The notes beneath the pieces are model-generated. The model did not search any database, was not told where the DNA came from, and was given only the letters and a program-made list of their open reading frames with translations. Of a stretch of DNA of 53,648 bases, positions 32,816 through 41,455 are shown piece by piece. Every line of letters begins with the position of its first letter. Positions within the stretch are counted from its first letter, which is position 1. The translations under genes were made by a program, and so were the position numbers. Origin of the DNA: Clostridia bacterium (GTDB lineage: Bacteria; Bacillota; Clostridia; Christensenellales; Borkfalkiaceae); the NCBI GenBank assembly GCA_017501205.1, contig JAFVXM010000001.1, positions 1 through 53,648 on the forward strand, written 5' to 3'.

Positions 32816-34243
32816 ATGGGATTTGTTACTGAATATATTGCGCCGGTTAAAATTTTTGCCACGCATGGAAAGATTGAAAACGTAAACAATCTTTTGATTA
32901 AAAGAGATCTGCAGATATGCGTTGAGGAAAGCGAGGTTTGCACCGTTAACGGTAAGGGCTATATCGTTTTTGATTTTGGCATGGAGTACAGCGGTGGCGC
33001 GAGAATATTGACTCACGTTACGTCAAAATCTGCAGTTAAGGTGCGCTTAAGGTTTGGCGAATCTGTTGCGGAGACCTATACGGAGGTTGGTGAAAAGGGT
33101 GCTTGCAACGATCACTCCTTGCGCGACTTTGAAACCATGCTCACCTCTTATTCGGATATGACGTTTGGTCAAACCGGGTTCAGATTTTTGAGAATCGACT
33201 TTTTAGAGGATGTGTCGCTTACTCTAAAAAACGTGTACTGCGCGTATACTCACAGGGTCTTTCCCGAGGCGATACCGTTTGCAAGCGGAGATAGCCGCAT
33301 AGAGAATATTTATTCCGTTGCAAAAAGGACCATTGAGCTTTGCTGCCAAACCTACCTTTGGGACGGGATAAAAAGAGATAGGCTTGTTTGGATAGGTGAT
33401 ACTCATCCCGAGATGCTTGCGCTCACCTCTCTGTATTCAAGGGCGCCTATCGTAGAAGAGGCTCTTGATATAACGGCAAGGCAGTTTCCTTTAGGAACTT
33501 GGATGAACAATATCCCCATGTACTCTGCGTGGTGGGTTATCATAATTGCCGATTATTGTGCGATAACGGGCACTTTTGATCTTGTTGATCGCTATAGGGA
33601 TTACGTTGAAGGCATTATCGCACAGTGTGATGACTGTGTTAAGGATAACGGTGAGTTAGACTTCCCGTACTACTTTGTAGATTGGCCTACCCACGAGCAG
33701 CCCGATGAGCTTGCAGGGTGCAGGGCGCTATTTACCATAATGGTAAACAAGGCGCTGGAGATTGAAAAATCTGCTAAGCTCGATACCACCCGCGTAAAAA
33801 GCTTAAAGGCAAAGCTTGAAAAGATGCCCATTGAGGTTAAGACATCCAAGCAGGTTATCGCTCTTAAATACCTTGCAACGGGGAAGATTACCGAAGAGGA
33901 AAGGCAAACGATACTTGCAGGTGGCGCAAAGGGCATGTCTACCTTTATGAGCTATTATATTTTAAAAACCGTTGCAGAAATTCACTCGCCCGAATACGCT
34001 ATTCAAATGATGAAGGATTATTACGGCGCCATGCTTGATAAGGGTGCAACCACCTTCTTTGAGGATTTCGATATGGACTGGGTGGAAAACAGCAACTGCT
34101 TGTATGAGTTGCCCAAGGAAGGACAGAGGGATATCCATGGCGACTTTGGTAAGTATTGCTACGTAGGCTTCCGTCACAGCTTCTGTCACGGATGGAGCGC
34201 AGGCGTAATAAAATTCCTTTACGAGTACTGTAACGAAAAATAA
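32816..34243 (+). CDS. cytoplasmic six-hairpin glycoside hydrolase, alpha-L-rhamnosidase-like (GH78-related)
   Basis: No signal peptide. N-terminal beta-sandwich (VFDFGMEYSGGARI...VKVRLRFGES), DGIKRDRLVWIGD (compare the GH78 DxPxRERxGWxGD skeleton), C-terminal SFCHGWSAG. Confidence 0.6.
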   Translation: MGFVTEYIAPVKIFATHGKIENVNNLLIKRDLQICVEESEVCTVNGKGYIVFDFGMEYSGGARILTHVTSKSAVKVRLRFGESVAETYTEVGEKGACNDHSLRDFETMLTSYSDMTFGQTGFRFLRIDFLEDVSLTLKNVYCAYTHRVFPEAIPFASGDSRIENIYSVAKRTIELCCQTYLWDGIKRDRLVWIGDTHPEMLALTSLYSRAPIVEEALDITARQFPLGTWMNNIPMYSAWWVIIIADYCAITGTFDLVDRYRDYVEGIIAQCDDCVKDNGELDFPYYFVDWPTHEQPDELAGCRALFTIMVNKALEIEKSAKLDTTRVKSLKAKLEKMPIEVKTSKQVIALKYLATGKITEEERQTILAGGAKGMSTFMSYYILKTVAEIHSPEYAIQMMKDYYGAMLDKGATTFFEDFDMDWVENSNCLYELPKEGQRDIHGDFGKYCYVGFRHSFCHGWSAGVIKFLYEYCNEK

Positions 34244-34252
34244 AACGAAATC

Positions 34253-34309
34253 AAAAGCCTTTCTCTTAAAGCGATCAAGCATTTGGGTGAAAAGAGAAGG
34301 GCTTTTTTT
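34253..34309 (+). terminator. intrinsic terminator after the GH78-like gene
   Basis: aaaagcctttctctt / aagagaagggctttt stem (one G-U pair) plus T7. Confidence 0.65.
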
Positions 34310-34364
34310 ATACGGCGAAATGGCAAAAGGTTATACGTGCTGATGAATAAAAAAGGGATAAAAA

Positions 34365-34390
34365 CCCCGTAAAACGCGTGTTTTACGGGG
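34365..34390. terminator. bidirectional hairpin terminator (serves the minus-strand regulator gene)
   Basis: ccccgtaaaac-gcgt-gttttacgggg perfect 11-bp stem, with an A-run upstream and a T-run downstream. Confidence 0.75.
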
Positions 34391-34402
34391 CTAATTGTTT
34401 TT

Positions 34403-35488
34403 TTAATTTATCAAAATGCCGGGGATATAGGTTTTGGACAAATAATGCTGTCCGTCCAATATTTGCAGCAGCAGGTTCATTGCTGTGGATCCAATCTCCA
34501 TAAAATTCTGTTTTATACATATTATATGGTTTGATCTTATAAAATCCTCGTCTATGCAGTCAAATCCCGTTATTGTTAGTTGATCGGGTACCTTTATGTT
34601 GCGGGATAATGCTTCGGCAATAAGCGCGTACATGCTTTTATCGTTAACGCAACATATCGCAGTGGGCTTTTCGGGCATTTTTTCGTATTCGTCAAGGCAC
34701 TTTGAAACGTATTTATTGAACTTTTTTACCTGCTGTGCTTGAGAAAGCGTGAGCTCCTGCTTTCTCATATCGGTACTGTCAAACAGGAAGGCTCGTTCTA
34801 TCTTAACGTTATTTTTAATCATGCCGGAGCAAAAGCCCTCAAAGCGTTCCTTTTCGGTTATTGCCATGCGGTTGTTTATGGAAAAAAAGCCTATCTTGGA
34901 GTGCCCTTGAGAAACAAGCATGGAAACCACCTGCTCGGTGCTTTTTGCGTTGGTTGTCGTTATAAGAGGAGTATTGAGCCCTATTATATTGCGGTCTATG
35001 CAAATTATCGGAATCCCTTTGGAAAGGATTTCGCCGTAAACATCTATATTATACATGGACGAGCATGGGTACACGATCACTCCGTCCGGGTTGTTTATTT
35101 TGATGCTTTCAAGAGCAGCGCGCTCCTTTGCTATGTTGTTTTTAGTGTTGTAAAACGGAGTATATACGTTGTTTTTAAGAGCAACGGCTTCAATTCCCTT
35201 AAAAATTGAGTTGTAGCTTTCCGGAAATGGCAAAACTACCGGGACAATAAGCTTTTTGTTTTTGCGGTCGAGCTTGCCGTTTACTATTGTGCCGCATTTT
35301 TTTACTCTGTAAACGATGTTTATTGCTGCAAGATCGTTAAGAGCTCTTGCCACTGTGATCCTGCTTACCCCGTAGAAGTTTGCAAGCTCCAGCTCGGTGG
35401 GTAGCTTATCTCCAACCTTATATTCGTTGGTTTTAATCTTGTGCATAATATCGTTGTAAATTTTAGAATAGAGCTTTTCTTTTTTCAC
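34403..35488 (-). CDS. AraR-type transcriptional regulator (GntR wHTH fused to a LacI/PBP1 sugar-binding domain)
   Basis: GTG start 5 nt after GAGGAG. LPTELELANFYGVSRITVARAL wHTH, then a periplasmic-binding-protein-like fold (VIVYPCSS..., IGFFSINN..., TAICCVNDKSMYALI). Confidence 0.85.
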   Translation of the reverse strand: MKKEKLYSKIYNDIMHKIKTNEYKVGDKLPTELELANFYGVSRITVARALNDLAAINIVYRVKKCGTIVNGKLDRKNKKLIVPVVLPFPESYNSIFKGIEAVALKNNVYTPFYNTKNNIAKERAALESIKINNPDGVIVYPCSSMYNIDVYGEILSKGIPIICIDRNIIGLNTPLITTTNAKSTEQVVSMLVSQGHSKIGFFSINNRMAITEKERFEGFCSGMIKNNVKIERAFLFDSTDMRKQELTLSQAQQVKKFNKYVSKCLDEYEKMPEKPTAICCVNDKSMYALIAEALSRNIKVPDQLTITGFDCIDEDFIRSNHIICIKQNFMEIGSTAMNLLLQILDGQHYLSKTYIPGILIN

Positions 35489-35566
35489 CGTAACTCCTCA
35501 AAGGTGTTTTTTGTGTAAGCCCCTTTTTTTGGGGCGTTTTATTTTTAGATAAAGTTCTCTATGGCA

Positions 35567-35595
35567 ATGATAACAAAAATTTTTTTTCTTAGCAA
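35567..35595 (-). promoter_or_regulatory. candidate promoter of the regulator gene
   Basis: Minus strand: TTGCTA (35595-35590), 17 nt, TGtTATCAT (-10 hexamer 35572-35567). Confidence 0.4.
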
Positions 35596-35678
35596 GCTTT
35601 TGTTATACCTTTTATAAAAAAAACGCTAAAAAAATATAACATAATAATTTTTTATGTCTTATTTTTTAAAAATGGGTA

Positions 35679-35708
35679 TTGACAAAAACACCACCTTGTT
35701 TTTATAAT
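35679..35708 (+). promoter_or_regulatory. sigmaA promoter of the ABC/surface-protein operon
   Basis: TTGACA (35679-35684), 18 nt, TATAAT (35703-35708). Confidence 0.6.
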
Positions 35709-35800
35709 AAGAATACACTTTTATTTAAGATTTTTGCTGAAAGAAAAAGACAAAAACTCTTAAACTTGGTTAAATAGTGACGAAAAGGAGGATCTTTAAA

Positions 35801-37159
35801 ATGTTAAAAAAGATTTTAATGCTCATCTTGTGTATTGCCGTTGTTTTTTCAACCGTTGCTTGCGGCAACAACGGCGGTCAGTCTGATGGTGGAAATGAGG
35901 AAAATCCTAACAGGCAGATAACTCTCAGAATTGAATCTGCGGCCCCGTTAAGATATAACTATCCTGCTCTTTTGAACTCTGAGGAAGAGGGCAGCATGCT
36001 TTACAATCAGGCGTTGTTTTCAAAGAAGGTGGTAGAGGGCTTCAAGGCGCTTTACCCCAACATAAATCTCCAGTTCATTGAGCACGGCTGGGGAGATGCT
36101 CTGTACCAGAAGCAGCAGCTTGAGATACAAGCGTGGGTTGACGGTCTTGGAATGTCTCTTGATATTATGATTGGCGAGCCTTATATGGGCTTTTTCGCAG
36201 AAAACGGCGTTTTTGCAGAGCTTGATGCAAGTAAATTTACGCACGTTATAGAGGGCGCGTATTCGGATATGAAAATTGACGGTAAGCTATATGGCGTTCC
36301 TATGTGTACCGGTATTATGGGCTTGCAGTACAATACCCAGATACTTGCCGAGGTTGGTATTCCTGAGGATGAATGGGTGCCTCAAACCTGGGCAGAGCTT
36401 TTGGAAAACAGCAAAAAAGTAAGCGAGTACGCTGAGAAAAACGGCAAGGAATATAGCGGAATAATGATGAATAACGTTGCAGGTATGTCCTGTGCGTTCA
36501 GAGCACTTCCTTTTATGCGTCAGGCCGGCGGCGATATTTTTGATGAGAACGGTGGGCTTGCGCTCAACTCCGAGGCAAACAAGGAAGCCTTTACTTACCT
36601 TCGTTCACTCGCAAAATACGCGTATAAGGAAGGTCTTACGACCGGTAGTGAGGATTATCTCCAGAGTTATTTTGTAACCGGGCACGCTGCTTACATGGTT
36701 GAGGGTCAGTGGTCTATGGCAACAGCTCCCGATCATATCAAGGCTGCAAACCTTCCCAAAAAAGAAGCGAATTCAACTGTAAACGGCAACGTTTACTGCG
36801 GTAACGTTTTATTTGGTATAACCGAGGGCTCTAAGAACAAAGCGGCGGCAGAGGCGTTTTTGGAATACTTAACCAGCGCTGAGGTTCAGAACTGGTTCTA
36901 CGAGCTTGACGGCAGGCTTCCTATAAACAAAAACGTTTTAAGCAGCGCAGAAATCAAAGAGGTTTATCCTAACATAAATCCCTATATCGATGCTCTTGTG
37001 GCAGGCGGCTTTGAGGGTGGACTTTCCGGCTTCACTACCAATGCAACCGATATATGGAACAAGTGGGGCTCCTTCTTTAAGGACGTTTTGACTACGGAAA
37101 AGGATATATCCGTACTGATGACTGAAACACACAACTATATCCTTGACAAGATGGATTAA
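35801..37159 (+). CDS. extracellular solute-binding lipoprotein of a CUT1-type carbohydrate ABC importer
   Basis: AAGGAGG RBS before ATG 35801, lipobox FSTVAC, family-1 SBP length and pattern. Confidence 0.88.
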   Translation: MLKKILMLILCIAVVFSTVACGNNGGQSDGGNEENPNRQITLRIESAAPLRYNYPALLNSEEEGSMLYNQALFSKKVVEGFKALYPNINLQFIEHGWGDALYQKQQLEIQAWVDGLGMSLDIMIGEPYMGFFAENGVFAELDASKFTHVIEGAYSDMKIDGKLYGVPMCTGIMGLQYNTQILAEVGIPEDEWVPQTWAELLENSKKVSEYAEKNGKEYSGIMMNNVAGMSCAFRALPFMRQAGGDIFDENGGLALNSEANKEAFTYLRSLAKYAYKEGLTTGSEDYLQSYFVTGHAAYMVEGQWSMATAPDHIKAANLPKKEANSTVNGNVYCGNVLFGITEGSKNKAAAEAFLEYLTSAEVQNWFYELDGRLPINKNVLSSAEIKEVYPNINPYIDALVAGGFEGGLSGFTTNATDIWNKWGSFFKDVLTTEKDISVLMTETHNYILDKMD

Positions 37160-37164
37160 TAAAA

Positions 37165-38100
37165 ATGAGGAAGGAAAGAGATTATAACAGCCTGTATCAA
37201 TCACAGGCTGTTTGCCGCAAACCAAGCAAGCGAAAGGTTAGGGAAACCTTGAAAGGCTGGGGCGTAATCGGTCCGATAATAATATATTTTGCTATTTTCG
37301 GGCTTTACCCTGTGGGGGTTATGATCTATAACAGCTTTTTTGCGAAGGCGGGCTTTTTTAAATACGAATTCACGGGCTTTTCCAATTACCTGGAGTTTTT
37401 CTCAGATCCCGAGTATTATGTTTTGCTGTTAAATACACTTCTAATAGCAGTTTTTACTATAGGCTTGAGTTTAGTGCTGGGTATGCTTGTTGCACTTCTT
37501 ATAACGGGACCGATAAGGGGAAAGGGAGCATACAGAACCATTTACTACGTGCCTGTTATTATATCAATGGCGGTCGTATCCCAAATCGTAAGGGTTTGGC
37601 TTGATTACAATCACGGAGCCTTTAATAATATTGTGGAGCTTATTTCGGGCAAGAGAATAGAGTGGACCGAAAGCACCTTTTGGATGTATTTTTGGATTAT
37701 CGTGATATGTATTTGGAAGGGCCTTGGCGCAACGGTTATTCTTTTTGTTGCGGGGCTTACCGGCATACCGCAGGAAATACACGAGGCAGCAGAGGTAGAC
37801 GGAGCTGCCGGAGCCGTAAAATTCTTTAAAATAACTCTACCGCAGCTTCGCCATATGCTTGTGTTTGTGATGATTACGAGCATTATTGGTGCTTTTAACG
37901 TATTTGAACCTGTACAGCTTATTTCCGGCGGCGGGCCAGACGAAACGACGGAGGTTATACTGTTTAAAATTTACAATGAGGCCTTCCAGAACGGCGATAG
38001 AGGCATGGCAAGTGCGATATCGGTTATTGTGTTTATCATACTTATGGTGCTCACGATACTGAACATGAAGTTTGGCGAAGAGAAGCAGGAAAAGCTATGA
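37165..38100 (+). CDS. carbohydrate ABC transporter permease (MalF-like)
   Basis: 6 TM helices and EAA loop EAAEVDGAGAVKFFKITLP. Confidence 0.9.
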   Translation: MRKERDYNSLYQSQAVCRKPSKRKVRETLKGWGVIGPIIIYFAIFGLYPVGVMIYNSFFAKAGFFKYEFTGFSNYLEFFSDPEYYVLLLNTLLIAVFTIGLSLVLGMLVALLITGPIRGKGAYRTIYYVPVIISMAVVSQIVRVWLDYNHGAFNNIVELISGKRIEWTESTFWMYFWIIVICIWKGLGATVILFVAGLTGIPQEIHEAAEVDGAAGAVKFFKITLPQLRHMLVFVMITSIIGAFNVFEPVQLISGGGPDETTEVILFKIYNEAFQNGDRGMASAISVIVFIILMVLTILNMKFGEEKQEKL

Positions 38101-38957
38101 AAGTAGTAGGGAAGGGAACAAAGACCCTATACCATGTTCTCCTGATTTTTGGAAGCATAATTATGCTGTATCCGTTTGCATTTGCTTTTCTCGGTATGTT
38201 TATGTCGCAAGAGGGATTTTACGAGGTAAGCTTCTTGCCGATTCCCGAGGGATTTAAGTACTGCGTGGACAACATCGCTAAAATTTTAAGGAGAACGGAG
38301 ATATATCCCTCCATTGCTCTGACGTTAGGTCGATTTGTGTGGTACGCATTTATATTGAGCTTTACCTCAGTGCTTGGCGGATACGTTTTTGCAAAGGTAA
38401 ATTTTGCGGGTAAAAACATAGCGTTCTATTTGCTTATGTCGTCAATGATGATACCCGGAGTTGCATTACTTACCCCACAGTATCTTATGTTTAGAAAATG
38501 GTCTCTCGTAGATAATCCGTTGGTATTATTCATTACGGGGTGCTTTTCTGCTTATAACATATTCCTTGTAAGGCAAACGATTGCCGGGCTTGGCGACGAG
38601 TACAAGGAGGCGGCTGAAATTGACGGTGCAGGCTTTATTACCATAGTGTTCAGGATATATTTTCCGATGCTAAAGCCGGTGCTTGCGGTAATACTGATAC
38701 AGACGTTTATAGGCCAGTGGAACGACTATCTCTTCCCCGATATTTTTATGGCGGGGAATACGTCGTGGCTACCGATAGGCGTGCTGTCTGTAAGGATACA
38801 GTCGGATTACATGTATCAGGTTTCGGGTGGCGGATTGGTAAATTATCCGCTGGCGATGGTAATGTCTGTGTTTATGATGATACCGCCCGTAATAATTTAT
38901 ATTATTTTTCAGAAAAACTTTGTTGAAGGCTTAACGGCCGGAGGCGTAAAAAGTTAG
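38097..38957 (+). CDS. carbohydrate ABC transporter permease (MalG-like)
   Basis: EAA loop EAAEIDGAGFITIVFRIYFP and a 4-nt overlap with the upstream permease gene. Confidence 0.9.
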   Translation: MKVVGKGTKTLYHVLLIFGSIIMLYPFAFAFLGMFMSQEGFYEVSFLPIPEGFKYCVDNIAKILRRTEIYPSIALTLGRFVWYAFILSFTSVLGGYVFAKVNFAGKNIAFYLLMSSMMIPGVALLTPQYLMFRKWSLVDNPLVLFITGCFSAYNIFLVRQTIAGLGDEYKEAAEIDGAGFITIVFRIYFPMLKPVLAVILIQTFIGQWNDYLFPDIFMAGNTSWLPIGVLSVRIQSDYMYQVSGGGLVNYPLAMVMSVFMMIPPVIIYIIFQKNFVEGLTAGGVKS

Positions 38958-39079
38958 GCAAAGGTTCCACAGGCATACGGCTTTTACAAAAAGCTGCGAA
39001 ACAGCTGCGTTAAATTGCTTTTTTGAGGGCTGCTTTGTTTGTGTAAAACAACGCCAAAATAAAAAACAGGAGGAATAAA

Positions 39080-41443
39080 ATGAGAAAACTAATTGGACTA
39101 CTGATATGCTTTTCTATATTGCTCAGCACGGTAGGCTGCGGTGCTCCCATAATTACTGAGGAAGAGCAGGAATTTACGGCATACAGTCAGGTGTGGCAGG
39201 CAGCGGACGCTGCAGTAACGCACGAAACGGGAAACTATTCCGTAGATAACGGGTGGGGCTCTGTTGCAGAAACGGAACCCGGCACGCTGTGCAGTGTTTC
39301 AGTAGATATGCTTTATGCTACGGCATATACTATGGCTGCGCGTCTTTTGACGGACGAGGTTGATACCTCTAAAAGCGTAGTTGCCGTTATGAGAGTGCTT
39401 GACGAAAACGGAAATGAGATAGGCAGGCATAATGTAAGGGTTTGCGATTTTAACGCAAAGCTCAATTATCAGGATTTTGTGTTTACCTTTGCAGTAAAGG
39501 AAAGAACGCCTGCAACCGTTGAAATTTATTGGCCCGGTGCTAATTATGTGCGCGTTAGTGAGTTTGGAATAATGAGCAGAACATTAGATAAGGCTCCCGA
39601 CAACAGCCTTGTAGGCAAAGCAATACTTGGCGTTGATATTGAGGAAGAGATTGTTTATGACGATCAAACCATGTACTATTTCGATCTCAATCAATATATG
39701 CAAACGATGGCAGACGCAGAGCAATCGTATGATATAGCAAACCTTATTTGTACTCTTCAGGGTCTTGTAAACCGTGACGGTCAGCGGCTGTACGTTAGAT
39801 TCTTGCAGCAGAACACCTTCTGCGCAGATACTGATAAGTACTGGCTTGATTATCTTACTGCAGACGGTGAGTGGTTGGCAGGCAAGAACATTGTTGAAGT
39901 AAAATCTCCTATGACGTTGCTTGAGCTTTTTGCTGACTATTATACCGGCTTTGCTGCTTGGGATCCCGATGTTCCCGCTACCGTAAATGCAGTGGCAACC
40001 GCTTGCGGTGTTGATAACCTTTTACCCGTTCGCTACAGTAACGTTGATAACAGCTTATACTGGTATGTAAAAAATGCAGAAGCATTTTCAGATAAACCCG
40101 TTGAAATTGATCTTGGCGGTAAGTTTACCGGAGAAGGTGTTATTTACGGAACTAATAGAGAAACAACCGGCAGCCGTAAGAACGACGTTTACGTATGGGC
40201 AAAGGAAAAATACCTTGACACGCGCAAAACTAATTCTCATATGATGGCGTATCATGTGGATGCATATGCAGCAGATACCGTATTTGCAGCTTATTCGGAT
40301 TTGCAGAATATGTTCCTTTCCAATCGCGATTATTATATTGCAAACAAGGCATTTTTCTTCGATCTTTCCGTAATGGAGTTTGAAATTCCCGATGATGATC
40401 CTGATCAGGTTGATATCGATAGAAATTTCGGTACGATAGATTACAAGACGTTTACGGAAATTATGCTTTCTCAGACGTCTTATGCGGAAGCGGTTGATCC
40501 CGCTACTCCCATTGATGTTGGCGGATTTACTCCTTGGCATCTTAAATATACCCGTTATACCAATCCGGATGCATCCGGCGAGGTTACCTGTGAGTGGGAA
40601 ACCGTTTATCAGTTCTCCATTTATAACGCGTATGTAAATGCAGATGCACCCGGATATACTGCTATGGCAAACGCATCTATTTTCTCACAGTATCCTGCAT
40701 CTGAAAGCTATACGCAGGTTGTAGATAAGAGCGTTAAGGAAACTCTTCCCACTGCGAGCGAGAGGGGTGCAAACTACCTTATGTTCTACGTTGGTGATTT
40801 CGATGCATCCGCATGGTTTAACACCGCTATGATACAGTTCTGGGCAGATCCCAACCGCGGAAAAATTCCTCTTTGTTGGTCATTTGCTCTCAATATAACC
40901 AAGCGTGCACCGCACGTTGCAGAGATGATGTATGCAACTGCAACCGCAAACGATTATTTTGTTGCGGGCGATAACGGTGTAGGTTATCTTAATCCTCAGG
41001 GCTATAACAATAAGCTTTCGGCAGATATTTACGGCGATCACGATAGCTGGGCAGAATACAACAAGGGTGTATTTGAAAGATTTGATATAGATTATCAAGG
41101 CTTCCTTATCACTACCAAAAAGCCCGGTGATCAGATTATAGAATGCTATAAGAAGTTTACCAAGGGTGTAGCTACCAACTTTGTATATACCGGTAGTGTG
41201 GATTTCCCCGTGACCACCAGCATCGACTACAGCAACATGGATAATCTTCTTAATGCAAGCACTAAGATGGAGGTTGGATCTAAGAGCACCTTTAAGCAGC
41301 TTCGCTTTATTCTCCGCAGCCCCACCGATCTCGTAAATATTTACAACATTATAACCTCAGATACCTATAAGGATTATAACTTTAAGGTTGTTGATCCTTA
41401 CACGTTCTACGGCTTATTAGCACAGCAGAACGCCGCAAAATAA
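39080..41443 (+). CDS. GxGYxYP-family lipoprotein (putative, biochemically uncharacterised glycoside hydrolase family) with an extra N-terminal beta-sandwich
   Basis: AGGAGG RBS, lipobox STVGC, and variant signature G-V-G-Y-L-N-P at nt 40976-40996 (FVAGDNGVGYLNPQG); 787 aa. Confidence 0.6.
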   Translation: MRKLIGLLICFSILLSTVGCGAPIITEEEQEFTAYSQVWQAADAAVTHETGNYSVDNGWGSVAETEPGTLCSVSVDMLYATAYTMAARLLTDEVDTSKSVVAVMRVLDENGNEIGRHNVRVCDFNAKLNYQDFVFTFAVKERTPATVEIYWPGANYVRVSEFGIMSRTLDKAPDNSLVGKAILGVDIEEEIVYDDQTMYYFDLNQYMQTMADAEQSYDIANLICTLQGLVNRDGQRLYVRFLQQNTFCADTDKYWLDYLTADGEWLAGKNIVEVKSPMTLLELFADYYTGFAAWDPDVPATVNAVATACGVDNLLPVRYSNVDNSLYWYVKNAEAFSDKPVEIDLGGKFTGEGVIYGTNRETTGSRKNDVYVWAKEKYLDTRKTNSHMMAYHVDAYAADTVFAAYSDLQNMFLSNRDYYIANKAFFFDLSVMEFEIPDDDPDQVDIDRNFGTIDYKTFTEIMLSQTSYAEAVDPATPIDVGGFTPWHLKYTRYTNPDASGEVTCEWETVYQFSIYNAYVNADAPGYTAMANASIFSQYPASESYTQVVDKSVKETLPTASERGANYLMFYVGDFDASAWFNTAMIQFWADPNRGKIPLCWSFALNITKRAPHVAEMMYATATANDYFVAGDNGVGYLNPQGYNNKLSADIYGDHDSWAEYNKGVFERFDIDYQGFLITTKKPGDQIIECYKKFTKGVATNFVYTGSVDFPVTTSIDYSNMDNLLNASTKMEVGSKSTFKQLRFILRSPTDLVNIYNIITSDTYKDYNFKVVDPYTFYGLLAQQNAAK

Positions 41444-41455
41444 GGAGGGGATAAC

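Noticed and set aside
35519-35546. Plus-strand terminator-like hairpin (gcccc-T7-ggggc followed by a T-rich tail) in the regulator/ABC divergent region, with no plus-strand gene upstream.
   Set aside because: The stem is only 5 bp. It may simply be part of the regulator's 5' UTR or an insulator against antisense read-through. Evidence for an independent function is insufficient.
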